Positions 48,620-61,588 of a stretch of DNA of 64,000 nt are shown in pieces (within the stretch, counting starts at the first letter, position 1; every line of letters starts with the position of its first letter). The translations under genes and the position numbers were made by a program. The stretch is taken from assembly GCF_000143415.4 (NCBI RefSeq), contig NW_003314267.1:358908-422907 (forward strand). The letters run 5' to 3'. The notes under the pieces were generated by a model. It did not search any database. It was given only the letters and a program-made list of their open reading frames with translations, and was not told where the DNA came from. The stretch comes from Selaginella moellendorffii (Eukaryota; Plantae; Lycopodiophyta).

Positions 48620-49292
48620 AATAACCCTAAACCCTAAATGTTGACTAAATGCGATGGATTACTTTAAATTTCTCAAGGCAAGAGAGTAGAAGATTCTTTC
48701 ATGGAAATGCTACAGGAGTATGACTACAAAGAAAATATAAGTCGGACGAGTGGAACAAGCAGCCAATCTTTATACAAAGCTTTGCTCCAACGTCGCTTAT
48801 GTACATCTCGAACATAACAGACTCTCCAAAGATCTTACTGATCGACAATTACACGGTTCTTACGCAGGTCACAAACCAGGTATCCAAGTCGATTGTATGC
48901 TGAAAAGCTTCAATTGTGACAGAGATAACATCAAACCGATACTTGGATTTCATCAGCAACTATGTTGTTGGCATTGGAAGGATACGATAGTGCCTCCAAA
49001 CACCACCACTGGTTATTTGATGAACGCGACGCACCTGGTTTCAAAATCTCACTCTCGGCATCTCCAGGTTTGTCCGCTCCAAATTTTCTTACCTTTCGCT
49101 ACCCTCGATTTTCTCTGTTCTTAAGGTTCATCCCTACACGTTTAGGAACGAGAACCAGTTCCTACATTTTAATTTTCATGAGGATCCATACGAGGAATTC
49201 GGATACTGGATCAAGACTGTTCAAGTCGAGGACTCTTCACGGATTTTCCAGGGAGCTTGCACCGGTATCAGGAGTGGAGCTGCAAAGAGTAG
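48620..49292 (+). pseudogene. GDPD pseudogene (copy 2)
   Basis: Colinear with 30545-31998, including the telo-box/ATG. 5' exons are deleted and there are several frameshifting microdeletions. Confidence 0.9.
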
Positions 49293-49388
49293 CGAAATGG
49301 TTTGACAAAGTGGCAGTAACGTTTATTTCCTTTCTCTGGATGTAAACATATGGAAATTTTCCAAAGGTACGCGGGGATATTTTTGGCT

Positions 49389-50095
49389 ATGGCGTCGCAT
49401 GGCAATGCGGCTAAGCTCGCCCTCGCAGCAATTCTTCTCGGCTTCTGCGGCGCCGGATTTGGAAGCCCCACTCCAACGCCGTGGCCGGAGCAATTCCACG
49501 CGCTGCTCCTCCAAAATGCGAGCGGCAAGCTCTCCACGGTCGACCTCTGGTATGATTTCCCTAATGGCAGGAACTTCAACATCATCCACTCGCAGCTGGG
49601 ATCCACGCTTTACGATCTCGAGTGGACAAACGGCACGTCCTTCTTCTACGATCTCGACGCCGGCAGTTGCAGGACTGTTCATGTTCCAGTGGGGATTTTG
49701 CCACCGGATTGGCTGGTGGGCAATTCCACCTACATTGGCGTGAGGGAAGTGGGAGGATTCACTTGCAATGTCTGGTCCAAGGCCGATGATTTCATCTTCT
49801 ACTACGAGGATGTGGAGACAAAGAGGCCTGTGTATTGGATCTTCTACACAGGTATAGTCTCTTCCTTCTCGCTCTATTAAGAACTAAGAATGAAAATCTT
49901 CCAGGGAGGGAAGAGTATGTCATGACTTTCGAGCCTGGCAAGGTGCTCGAGGATGAAGGGTGGCAAGCGCCATGGTACTGTTTTGATCGCGAAGAAAACA
50001 AGAGTTTCCAAGAGAATGGAGGTGATACAAAGGAACCAAGTGAGCTCTTCAAGCACAGCACACTTGGAAAAAAACTTGGAAAAAATCTCGTATGA
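49389..50095 (+). CDS. At4g14100-like protein, copy 2 (apparently intact, 2 exons)
   Basis: Same motifs as copy 1. Intron 49852-49903 splices in phase (…[12 protein letters not shown]…). Confidence 0.85.
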
Positions 50096-50124
50096 CAAAC
50101 TTCGACACTACGGTTTTGTTTCCT

Positions 50125-50600
50125 AGCCAGAGGGTGAGCTGCTGCACGGCCTTCTCGTTGATGAAGGTCTTGATCAACACCTCGTCCAGGATATTGGATC
50201 CAAACATGGAGCTGGCAATCAGCTGGAAGCCAGGGAAATGCGAGTTGAGACGATCCCAGTGGCGGTGTGAGCTGCCAGTGGATCAATTCCCGGGAAAAAT
50301 CATCACGTCGTCTCTGGAGATCACCCGAGCGAAGAGCTTGTTGTCCGTGGTGACAAACCCAGCGTACCTCAGGACTCATCTCGGATGCATGGGGATGGGT
50401 GTGAGGCGGGATCAAGCCACCCTTTGCTAAGTCGAGCCTCACGATGGAAAGGACCAGCGAGTTGAGGCCCATTGTTCGTGTTAGCTGATTGCTTGAGGGT
50501 GGTGCGTTTGCAAGGGAAGGTGAGATCCTTCGGGGTCCACAGTATTGACTCAAAGAGAGACCATCATTATAGCTAGCAGTGAGAATGGATTCATGGATTT
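50125..50600 (-). pseudogene. Germin-like pseudogene (copy 2)
   Basis: GLNSLVLSIVRLDLAKGGLIPPHTHPHASE is retained; multiple deletions and frameshifts relative to 29074-29772. Confidence 0.9.
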
Positions 50601-51749
50601 TGCAATGAATGTAGAGATTGTCTTGAACATGATGGTGTTACTAGATTTAAAATTTTAAATATTCAAGAATATTTTATATATATCCACTTACAAATTTGCT
50701 TAAACAAATAAGAAATAGTGCACTTTTATTTTTGGGTCATTTCTTTTTATCTTTAAACTCTAATGAATTGTAAAGTTGTTCTATACACCTAACTACTGTA
50801 AAATGTCAATTACCTCCATATCAAGCATTCAAAAGGCCTTTAGTCATAAACAAACAATAGATATGTAGCCTTGATTACTCTTCTATCAGCAGACTTTATA
50901 TGTTCAATGGCTTACTTTTTAGGCTTTATATACCTCCCAATTATGCTAGCTCTCATAATCAAAACACTTCCTAAAACACAAGTTTTCCAATCTTTTTGTT
51001 GAACTACTGGCATTGGAACTCCTTCTGGCTATTGTTAAGCTATTTGTCACAGAAGATTATCCAAGAACATATGCTAGACCTTCATATCTAGTTTTGCAGT
51101 TTCATATTTGCATTTAACACATAAGCCATCACTTGGTGGATTGTTGAACTCATCATAGCAATATCTGTAGCCATTAATGTTGGAAGGGAGGTTATATATC
51201 CCTCCATGAAAGCCTTCTTTGGATATTGTTGACAGAGTAGAGCTTGTAACCATAGCTTCATTAAAAGCTCTTGGAGACTGAGTTCTCAGCCTGAAAACTA
51301 TCCTCCATAATTTGTTGAATAGCAACCACTGCAATGATACTAACTCTTGGCAAATAAATTATTGAATGTTTTGAATCTAGAAGAACGTGCATTCTCTCCA
51401 AACTAAAGAGCTGGCTTTTGGACATTTTACCCCATATGCCTATCCATGTTCACTCTAGTCTTGGTAAAATAAATATAAAATATAAATCTAAATTTTAAAA
51501 TGAATTACTCAAAAGCCAATTGCAATGACCCTTATAGTTGAACAATTTGCCATAGCTAGTTTTACAACTTGATAATATAAAACATTGAGTTTATCTTTTT
51601 CATGCAAGAGGTTCGATGGTATGTTAAGAACGACGGCATGGAGTTAGCTGATGTTGGTAGCGCCAGGGGCTGAATAAGTGATAAAACATTTCCATGGTGA
51701 CATGGCTCAGCTTTTCAGCCAGGGAATCTCGTCTGGCTTTACAATATCA

Positions 51750-51860
51750 AAAACCTCTCATCGACCAAAGCTTGCACCAGCTTGGAGCGGCCCATTTCAG
51801 GTGAAAAGCATCACTGGCGCAAACTTTTTTTTACGTTCAAGTGATGGACGGCCGCATTCT
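51750..51860 (+). mobile_element. Retrotransposon integrase C-terminal (GPY/F) fragment
   Basis: RPKLAPAWSGPFQVKSI matches the KLxPxWxGPF/Y motif of gypsy integrases. The fragment is isolated. Confidence 0.5.
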
Positions 51861-53882
51861 TCAACAGGGTTCATCTTCGATTCTACTACATATAACAGCA
51901 GGCAACATACACACAGAAGTTCTTTGCTTATTCAGTTCTTACATTTTCCTTGTTTTGACATCATTTTTGCTTCACCATGCAGACCCGTCATGGAGAGTCT
52001 CAAATATAACGCATGCAGCCATCAAAAAGATCTATGAGTTTTATTCACATCAAAACACTTCCAACATTCTACCTCTTCCTCCTAGTAGGGGGAGTAGTGT
52101 ATTGCTCTAACTAAATTACCTGGCAATGAGGAAACTAACTTCGAGCCATTACTTGCCGAAGCCCTTCTTTCACAACATTCAGGTGCTAGAGACAATTTGA
52201 GGCCCTTTTTTCACAATATTGTTGTGGATGCTAAAGACCAGAGTGCAGATATATTGGGATATTCCCTCAAGATGCATGAGCGCGATAGTTTTGCCTCACT
52301 GTAAGATTGACAAGAGGATATCACTGAAAATGGCTGAGCAGAAGCTGTACGAGAAGAACACGGTGGCCAAGAAGATAAGTATTCAGACATATGTTGCGCT
52401 TGATGCAAGCAAAGGCACTTCCGAGCATGCAGTAACGCAATGAAACCGACCCCAGAAAATCCAGCCGGCATGCTGCTTGATAGAGCGTTTTTTTCCTGGT
52501 CCCAATCGCCGACCACTCGATAACCGGGCATATGTTGTAGTTGCATGATCAAGGAGCTTGCCTCGCTCGGGAGAAGGCGCAGCATCCAAGTATAATTCGG
52601 CCAGGAAAAACCCCAGTGCCTGGTACTTTTCCAGCTCGAGAAGAAGCTCGCTTTGCTCCTTCCAGTCTATACCACCCGCTCGAGAATACCGTGTCCAACG
52701 TGATATAGTCCACTGTCTTGCATAAAATGCGTCACCTCACTAGCTTAGCGGGGCAAGAGGCCGAGCTCTCAGAAGCCGGATATGCCAAGGAGCCGTTCGC
52801 AGTGCGCGATACCTGAAGCCTCGGGACCGACTTCGACCTCTAAACGCGAGCTGTCGATGATGAAACGTTGTGTCAAGCTCCTGGGACAATCGGCCACCGC
52901 CTCCTCGCCTTTGATCAGGCTCCGTAGCCGAGTGCTTCGACGTTCTTGTGCATGGCTGTCTTCGACTTCTGAGAGCTTGATCTTCTCGGCAAGAGAGACG
53001 GTGTCGCAGCCACCATTGTTGAGAAGAAGATCATCTGTCAGCTTGGCAGAAGTCTCGCCGCTGCTCCATCGGGACCTTGCACCGAGAAGAGAACGCGAGA
53101 ATTGGCAAGATAGCAGCCGTTCTTCTCTTTGAGCTCCTCGCTCTTCAAAACCTTCCCTTGCTGCCTGTTTTGCACTGACTACAGAGTAGCCTTGATAAGC
53201 AAAAGCCAAGACGGCTCCTGTAGCGTTAACTTCAAGTACTGCTTCCTCTTTTCCTCTTGGATGTATCCGGGACAACGTCGAGCTTCCTCTTCCGTTGAAA
53301 CGAAAGGTCCGGTGCCATAGTGCTTTCCTTCAATAACTCTCTTGGTATGAAGCGCGCGAGGGTGCGAAGGATGGAAGCGTTTCACGACTGTGTCTGGCGA
53401 TTAAAACTTCGACAAGTTTCTCCACAAGTGGAGCATTGCATCGGATTTTCCTCGCTAGTTGGAGAAAACACATAGAAGAACCAGAAAAAGGCCATCGCAA
53501 GTAAGAACCCATTTCGAAAGCAAAGCTTTCACCAAGTGTTTGAAGTCACCTGTGATTTGATCCACAAAGGATCTTGGGTGATCGCCTTCTTTGCAGCATC
53601 TTGGTAGAGCTTCGGGAGATGAGACTCCTGTAAGCAGTTTCTAACCTGCGCTTCGTTTGTGAGGGCCGAAGGCTCCAGTCGGCTTCTACTCTCGTTGATA
53701 GGTGAGATCGCATACTGGCGTCACGCAGAGAATCGAAGAAGAGATCGCTCTACTTACAATCGCCGGGAGCTCCAAAAAACCCTAATCGAGACCAAGGGGA
53801 AAGAAATGTATCGCATTTCAGGCGGAAGCAGCAGCGCCGAGAGTCTCCGCCAAGGCTCTTTTCTTCCCGAGCTCACCTGCCC

Positions 53883-54248
53883 ATGGGCACGCACTTGCCC
53901 ACGGCGGCAACTGCTGGCGAAGAGATTTCAAAGAAGCGAATGGAAGACGAGAAGACGTGGGTGTGGAACTGCGTCATCAGAGACTACGGCATGCTTGGCC
54001 GAGTCGATTGCGCTCGAGAGGCATTTCTCCAGTGTCCAGCTAGGAACTTCCTGAGCTGGAAGCTCCTTGCTGACGCATATGCCCAGAAGGGGCATTACTG
54101 GAAAGTGCTAGAGATTGAAGAACAGATCCTGGCTGTGAGGCATCAGCTTGCTCCGCTTCCTCCTTCTCCAGCATCCATCTTTGATGCTGTTGCTCTGTAC
54201 CAGAAAGGCAAGAGCAGCATGGGAACTTCTTCAAGTGTTTTGCCATGA
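53883..54248 (+). pseudogene. Short PPR-motif ORF (about 2 motifs)
   Basis: WVWNCVIRDYGMLGRVDCAREAF…RNFLSWKLLADAYAQKGH. Telo-box at ~53778. Confidence 0.55.
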
Positions 54249-54480
54249 GGAAAATGGAAGGCAGCTTCTTTTTTTGGCATTGGGGAAATACAAAACAGTT
54301 TCTATGCTTCTTGTGTTCACTTCCCTCTTGACTTATGGCGATGCCCAGCTTTTCAAGCTAATTCGGTCCATGCTAGAAGAATCTTCACTGACTGAAGAAA
54401 GCCTCATCCATCTGGCAGGCAAGAAAGAACTCAAGCGCCTCAAAGACTCTTACCACGGCCTTCATCTGTCGAAGACTCGG

Positions 54481-54800
54481 GGCGTTCCAGTCACTCAAGG
54501 CGTTTCAGTCGTTCCAGTGGAAGCTACGCGAACTGCGAAGGAACCAGCCACTGAGGGCGTTCCAGTGGAAGCTACGCGCGCTGCGAAGGAACCAGCCACT
54601 GAGGGCGTTCCAGTGGCAGCTACGCGAGCTGCGAAGGAACCAGTCGCTCAGGGCGTTGCAGTCACTCAGGGTGTCCCAATGGAAGCTACGGGAGCTGCAA
54701 AGGAACCAGCCACTCAGGGCGTTGCAGTCACTCAGTGTGTTCCAATGGAAGCTACGGGAGCTGCAAAGAAACCAGCCACTCAGGGCGTTCCAATGGAAGG
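54481..54800 (+). repeat. In-frame minisatellite: five 48-bp units plus 18-bp subunits, encoding VP(V/M)EAT(R/G)AAKEPAT(E/Q)G
   Basis: Units at 54511, 54559, 54607, 54673 and 54739 inside ORF 54148-54912. Confidence 0.85.
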
Positions 54801-57800
54801 GCGAGCTGCGCGTGAGCTTCTCGAGGCTTTGTACATCAAGGGCTCATTCTGTGTGTTTGGTGAGGATATGCGGCTAAAGGAGAAGTCTCTGAAGACGCTC
54901 AAAGCAATTTGAATTGCTGGAGCTCACTGTGGGGCTTACTGATGGGACAAGGAAAAAGCCAAGCAGATACGTAAAGACACTGGCAATCCATGCCATAGCA
55001 GAGGCGGAGCAGCTGTGGTGACGTGCCTGAAGAGTGCCGGCCATTCATGAACTCTGTCAAGAGTGTCCTTGCAAAGCTGAGAGATGACGGTGTCATATGC
55101 TAGGACCTGGGGCTTGTGAATGTCCAGTTTTTTACGATGCGACAACGTTGTAGTAGGATTTTAACCTAGTAACCGACATCCCCGAATGCTATGAATGGTG
55201 TCAGTGCCTCTGGCCTACGTTGTAAGTTTTTGCAAAACAGGCAGCGGTCACACCAGCTCAGGTCCATGCGTGGTTATTATCAAGTCTAGCTTTGGGCCAC
55301 AGGGGTCTCACTGTACCTCTCCAGTTCCCCGGCACGGCACTCGGTCGGCATCAACAAGCTCGCGTTTCTGACCGGAGCATGTCCTGAAAGATACTAATTT
55401 TTCGGTTACGAAAGCTGGGCTGGTGAAGTGGCCAGGAGAGCTTCACTCCGCGCGGTCACTCCGGAGGGACTTGCTAGTGTCGAAGGGGCCTTGCCTGGAA
55501 ATGCGTTGGTCAGGACTGGAGTGATCGGGCTCTCTGTTCAAGGCAGTCCTTGAGACTTGGAAACATCTTTTGGCGTCCTCCAGAGGTAGCTGTGTCGCGC
55601 TTAAAGATTCGAGCTTCGAAAGTACGGTGTTCGTGGCATCTTCACCTCCTCGAGCTCGATATCTAGATGAGGGGTAGCCGCGCGTGGAAGTCCTCAGCGC
55701 TGGAAACTCTAAGGAGGCATGAGCGTGGCAGAAGTGGAACGGATCTAGCACGATTGGTGTGTGCAGGGAGCACTCTTTTTCCTTTTCTTTTTGTTCCGGT
55801 GCTCCTTACTATAATATATCTAACGCTTGAAACTAACCATAACCGCTAGACCTCTCCACGTGGACAAGTTTGCAATAGACATGGGAGGGAGCTTGAATGC
55901 CAAGTTCATCACAACTGCGCTGCCTATCAACATAAGTCCATCGGCGACACATCCTCGAATCGCCTGGGCTCGCACCTCCTCACCACGATCTTCTGCGCTG
56001 CTCCACGGTTTCCATGAAACCTTGTATATCCTCCACACTCCCGCGATTGTATTCCTTGATCCACTCCACCAGCTGGTTATACACGTCGCGCTCGTAGCAG
56101 CTGTCCGCTGAGAAATCCATTTCCCATGGCCTCTCCCGCAGCATGCACATGGTGCACGAAGCTTCCCAGCCGGACACTCCCGTGCAAACATCAGAGCAGT
56201 AGCAGCAGTAGCAGCAGCAGCAGGACTATTACAGTGGCTTCAAACCGCAGCATCACTTCCCTTTCCCGATGTGATTCATCTCTTGCGCATCCAAACAAAT
56301 CCTGCTCCATACGCTCCAACTTTCCACGGACGAGCTCGGCCAAACTTGGGCATTTACATCAGCCGCTTGACGTCCCGCTTGACGTCTTCTGCAGCGGCAC
56401 ACCCTGAAAGCTCCTGACTTTCCTCGGCGCTCCAAGTTCTCAGTTCCTTGGTGATAGCGAAGGATTGTCGTCGGGTGTCAGGAAAACTCCAGCGCAAGAT
56501 GGCAAAGTTGGCAGCTCGTTGACACACATATATAAGCATCCCGAGCGCTTTTTGAACTCGTGCGATTGCACAGCATCGGTTCACTTGCCCATTTCCAACG
56601 ATATCCTTTTGTCCATCTTGATGCTAAATCCTTTCTTTTGAGTGCGCCGGTAAATCCAATGAAACCGAGCCAGAAAAGCCACCCGGCATTCCTTCTGATG
56701 CTGCTGCTTCTTAGAGCATTATTTTCCTGGTCCCAATCAACTTCCAGAGCCGACCACTCGATAACCCGGCATATGTTGTAGTTGCAGTGTCGAGGAGCTT
56801 GCCTGGCTCGGAAGAAGAAGAGGCAGCATCCAAGTATAACTCGACCAGGAAGAGATTGGACCTTGAACTCCTGCCATTCCCAGTGCCTGGTATACTTATC
56901 CAGCTCGAGAAGAAGCTCGTGCTAGCCTGCTGGAAACCCACTTGAGAATACCGTGTCCAACGTGATATAGTCCACTGTTGTTCTCGTAGTCTTTCGTCAC
57001 CTCTCCGCGGCCGCCTCCTCACCTTTGAGTAGCCGAGTGGATATAGTCGAATTCTTTAGTCATCCATCCATTGTAGCTTTCGCATATCTCTTCATCTGAC
57101 AGTTGACCTGTGGTAACTGCGACACTGTCTCTGGTGCGGAGAAGATAAGCCATCCAAATATATAGATAGTAGTGAGGTGGCGCTACTACCACCTAGGATC
57201 ATGTCATAGAGAGTGTATATACTTCACATCTTGCTAATTCTCTCGCATTCTCTTCCCGGTGCAAGGTCTAGCTGAGCAGTGGAGAGAGTTCTGCCTCCTC
57301 GTCCCAGTTTGACGCGTGAGCCCTCGTCTTGAGTGAAAAGGATTTCGCATTCGTTCTTCTCTTTGAGCTGCTTGTAGTGTAGCCTTGACAAGGAGAAGCC
57401 AAGAAGGCTAGCGTTAGCTGGACCGAATATCGCTTCCTTTTCTTCCTCTTGGATGTATCCGGGACAACGTCGAGCTTCCTCTTTCGTTGAAACGAAAGGT
57501 TGGTATGCGTCCATTCCAAACTCCGCAATGCCAGTGCCATGGTGCTTCTCTTCAATAACTCTCTTGATATGAGCGAAGGATGGAACTTAAGCAGACATTG
57601 ATGCGGCCCGTCTCCTCTCCAATGGAGATAAAAAATTCGACAAGTTTCTCCATGGAACTCTCTGATACGAAGAAAACTGTTGGTACTATTTTCCACGCAA
57701 GGAATGGAGATATGGAGAGCAAATTCTTACAATGTCGTGGACTGTGCTCAAACGCTTTGCGTGTGATATTAAGCTTTCCAAGTGAGCAGGTGAGTGTTCA

Positions 57801-59959
57801 CGATTCCAAAGGACGACATCCTTCGATCGCCAAAGGCCTTCCTCTGGCTATGTGTCGACCAAGTTTCTATTAAGTTAAAAACCTGCACCAGAAAACATGA
57901 TCAAAGGCAAGCTTTTTTTTCACTCACATTGCATCGGACTTTCTGCCAAAGAAACAAACAAATTCACCATAAGAGCTCGCGAGTGTTTCAAGTTACCTGT
58001 GACTTGGATCTTGGATGATCGCCTGGAGGAGACTCTGCGCCTTTGCGAGATCCCACTTGACAGGGCATCTTTGTAGAGCTTCGGGCTCCAGCTCCATTGA
58101 GCCATGATCTGCAGCAGGTATAGGCGCATTTCTCAAATGGAGATTGGTCATTGCTTCCGACGGCCGGGACGTAGTGATCATGCACCTCATTAATAATGAA
58201 TTCTTGAAGTCAGAATCCAAGCTCAATTCATCTAGTAACGTCGCTACCACAAACACCTAGAAGATTATTGCAAATGACAGTCCCCCCCAAGCATGGAGGG
58301 AACACACTACTTGTGTACTTCTTTACCTCAAGGCGAGAATTTTTATAGCTCCATGGCGTGTGCTCGAAACTGCTCTTGACCACAAATGCGCTCAACATCT
58401 TATAAATCTCTGTATTATGAATCATCGATCATCTCTCTCTACCGAAACTGATCCGGTAGAGCATATACCTGGCGGCGGCTACTCCTCATGTGTCTAAACA
58501 TCCCTCTCTCTTCCTCAAAATCAATGGGCTCACACCTCCTCGCCACGATCTCCTGCGCTGCTCCCTCCTGCGCCTTGTAATCCCGCAGCAGCTGCTCAAT
58601 GTACACCACCTCAAACCTGAAGAGATTCACGCAGCAATCCGGTTCCCAAACCTTGTAATCTTTAATCTCAATCTCGCGATGGTGCACCCTCGATCCACTC
58701 CACCAGTTGGTTATACACGTCGGGAATCCATTTCGCCTGGCCTCTCCTGCAGCAGCTTGCTGCACAGCAAGTCGTCCTCGAGCTCTTCAACAATCCGGGC
58801 TTCAAACCGCAGCACCACTTCCCTCGTCCTATCAATGTCGCTTGCGCATCTGAACAAATCCTGCTCCGCCCAACATGCCATTCGCTCCTTAAATTCTCTA
58901 GCACCTGGAGTGCATTTGCAAACCACATTGGACGGTGTGAACTTGGGTTTCCACGATGATCTCCGGATGAGCTCCGCCTCCTGAACTTGGGCATTTTTAT
59001 CTGCCGCTTGACTTTAGCGCGTACTGCTTTCACGAGATCTCGGTGCGTTTTCTCATCCAAGCTATACACGCCAGAGCGGAGGTCGGCGTAAGTGATGCCA
59101 AAATAGGGGCCCTCTTCACAACGCTCAGATAAGCATCCCGTCTCATCAGAACCTGCCCTGGCCCTATTCTAGTAATTGTCTAATTGAATTTTGGCCGAAA
59201 AAAATCAAATCCTGTTGCTGCCTTGAGAAACGCAATTTGAACAGACATGGGCTCTCGCCCATGTGAGCATTGCTGCTGCTCGCAAGCCGAGAAATATATA
59301 GCCTCGCACGTGAAGCATGAGACTGATGGATGCATAAAGCAAGGATGCTCGCTCTCCATGCTTCATACAATCTTCAAGCTATCTTCAAGCTCCCTCTTCA
59401 CGATCTTCGCTTTGAGGAACTTTAGCCAAAGGAAAGAATTGGAATATGTGTTGTTTTCTAGGAAATAGAGAAAAATGAAGGTTGATTTCGAACTCATGTG
59501 TTTAAGCGAACTTTATTGAACTAGCTGGAAATGCGTCATGTTGACAAATTTGGAGTACTTTTCCTCATTCTCATCGTACCAGCACCACTCAATGAGCTTG
59601 TACCATGTAACATAAACCTTGCTATTGTAAACTTTCAAGCTGACCTGCACATCTTTGTTGACTGGAGTGAGATAGCCTACGTCTCTCATTGTTACAGCAT
59701 CACTATCCTGATTTCAAAAAGCTGCACCTACTCGCTGAAAACCTCTTTCCGAAGCGGCTAAGTCCAAACTGGTTATATATCTCACAAAGAAGTGATCCGG
59801 TTCATGAACATTCTTGAAAGGTTTGAGCATGCTGCTTCACACAAGTCCATCACCTGAATTTAATGCAGGCCTCAACTGTGACAGAAATTTGACACGTCAC
59901 GCTGGGAGACACGTCCGTCTTTCTCGATGACGATGAAAGATGACGCTGATCTCGCGACA

Positions 59960-60327
59960 ATGGTGTCGGGCACGCCATCTCCATCTCATGCCTCTATTAG
60001 AAATCGATTTTCTCCGTGAGAAAGGATGACGGGCATGGCCGAGAAGACCTCTTCTAGGACTCCCTCGAGACCATTGAAAGAGCTTTTGCGCCTCTTTGTA
60101 TGCCCAGTTTCGGATTGCGTTCCAAACATCCGCTGAAATATCGCATCAAAACAGTTTTTCTTGCTCAGTATCATCCAATGCGCATTGCCGTGAGAAAAAG
60201 TTCTGGCTCAATGCTGCCGCTGTTACAGTACATGCGGATTAGCATGTTGGCGAGAAACCGCGTGGGCTCTGGACAGCGCTATGTAGCAGTGGGGAGAGTG
60301 TAAAGCTCCTCATTCCTTGAAGAACCA
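59960..60327 (-). pseudogene. PPR relic homologous to 26404-28242
   Basis: tacatgcggattagcatgttggcgagaaaccg matches ~27995-28027. ggcatggccgagaagac matches ~26870. Large deletions. Confidence 0.7.
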
Positions 60328-60349
60328 TAAATTTTAGCAGGTTTGGGGA

Positions 60350-60873
60350 TATTGCGGCTCACAACAATTCTTCTCGCCTTCTGCGGCGCCGGCAACGCCG
60401 TGGCCGGAGAAACTCCACGCGCTGCTCCAAAATGTGAGCGGCAAGCTCCAAATGGCAGGAGCTGGGATCCACGCTCTATGATCTCGAGTGGACAAACGAC
60501 ACATCCTTCTACGCTCGACGCGGGCAGCTGCAGGTGGGGAATTTTGTGGTGAGCAATTCAACCTGCACTGGAGGATTCACTTGTGAAATCTGGTCCAAGG
60601 CCGATGGTTTCACGAGGATGTGGAGACGAAGAGGCCTGTGTATCGGATCTTCTACACAGGTATAGTCTCTTCCTTTTCGCTCTAAGAACTAAGAATTAAG
60701 CTCTTCCCCATGACTTTCGAGCGAGCCTAGCAAGGTGCTCGAGGACGAAGGCTGGCAAGCGCCATGGTACTGCTTTGATCGTGAAGAAAACGAAAGTTTC
60801 CAAGAGAATGGAGGACCAAATGAGCTCTTGAGCATTCTCCAGCACAAGACACTGGCGGAAATCTGGTTTATGA
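60350..60873 (+). pseudogene. At4g14100-like pseudogene
   Basis: Colinear with copies 1 and 2, but exon 1 has many small deletions. [14 protein letters not shown] is retained. Confidence 0.85.
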
Positions 60874-60904
60874 CAAAGTTTGAACATTGTCGTTTTTTTT
60901 TCAC

Positions 60905-61588
60905 CTATCTAGACGGAGTGAAGATTGACTTGAGCTGCTGCACGGCTTTCTCGTCAATGAAGAAGGCCTTCATCAACACCTCGTCCAGGATTTTGGATCC
61001 AAACAAGGAGTTGGCGATCATCTGGAAGCCAGGGAACTGCGAGTTGAGCGTGACAATCCCCACTGCGCTGGTGTTTCCAACGTTGAGCTGCCAGTGGATC
61101 AAACCCCGGGGGAAGATCATCACGTCGCCTTTGGAGATGACTCGAGCGAAGAGCTTGTTGTCCGTGGTGACAAACCCGGCGTACATGCTCCCCTTCACGA
61201 CGTAGATCATCTCGGACGCGCGGGGATGGGTGTGAGGAGGGATCAAACCGCCCTTCGCGAAGTCGAGCCTCGAGATGGAGAGGCCCAGCGAGTTTAGGCC
61301 CGGGTACTCTAAGACAGATCCAGGCACCGCTGCAGCACCGAGTGGATTGCTCGTGTTGGCTGAACGCTTGAGGGCGCCATAGATGAAGTCCTCGGTGGTG
61401 GTGTTGGAGGCTCTTTTGCAAGGGAAGCCATTCATGGTGAGATCCTTGGAGAGGTCGGCGACACAAAAGTCTTGCAGTGGATCGGGGTCCGCGGCATCGA
61501 CACCTGTAAAGAGTGAAAGAGAGACAATCACCATAGTCATCAGCAGCAGTGCCAGCGAATTCATGGGTTTTGAGACCACTATCTTCAT
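60905..61588 (-). CDS. Germin-like protein, copy 3 (intact)
   Basis: 227-aa ORF with DPDPLQDFCVAD, PPHTHPRASE and FPRGLIHWQ. Confidence 0.95.
   Translation of the reverse strand: MKIVVSKPMNSLALLLMTMVIVSLSLFTGVDAADPDPLQDFCVADLSKDLTMNGFPCKRASNTTTEDFIYGALKRSANTSNPLGAAAVPGSVLEYPGLNSLGLSISRLDFAKGGLIPPHTHPRASEMIYVVKGSMYAGFVTTDNKLFARVISKGDVMIFPRGLIHWQLNVGNTSAVGIVTLNSQFPGFQMIANSLFGSKILDEVLMKAFFIDEKAVQQLKSIFTPSR

Larger units (their letters stand above)
52440..59050 (-). repeat. Old tandem segmental duplication of unidentified gene relics: A (52440-52720 / 56650-56980), B (53110-53620 / 57350-58090), C (55960-56400 / 58530-59010)
   Basis: Shared strings: ccgaccactcgataacc…gcatatgttgtagttgca (A), ttggatgtatccgggacaacgtcgagcttcctct (B), gatccactccaccag…ggttatacacgtcg (C). 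Confidence 0.8.
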
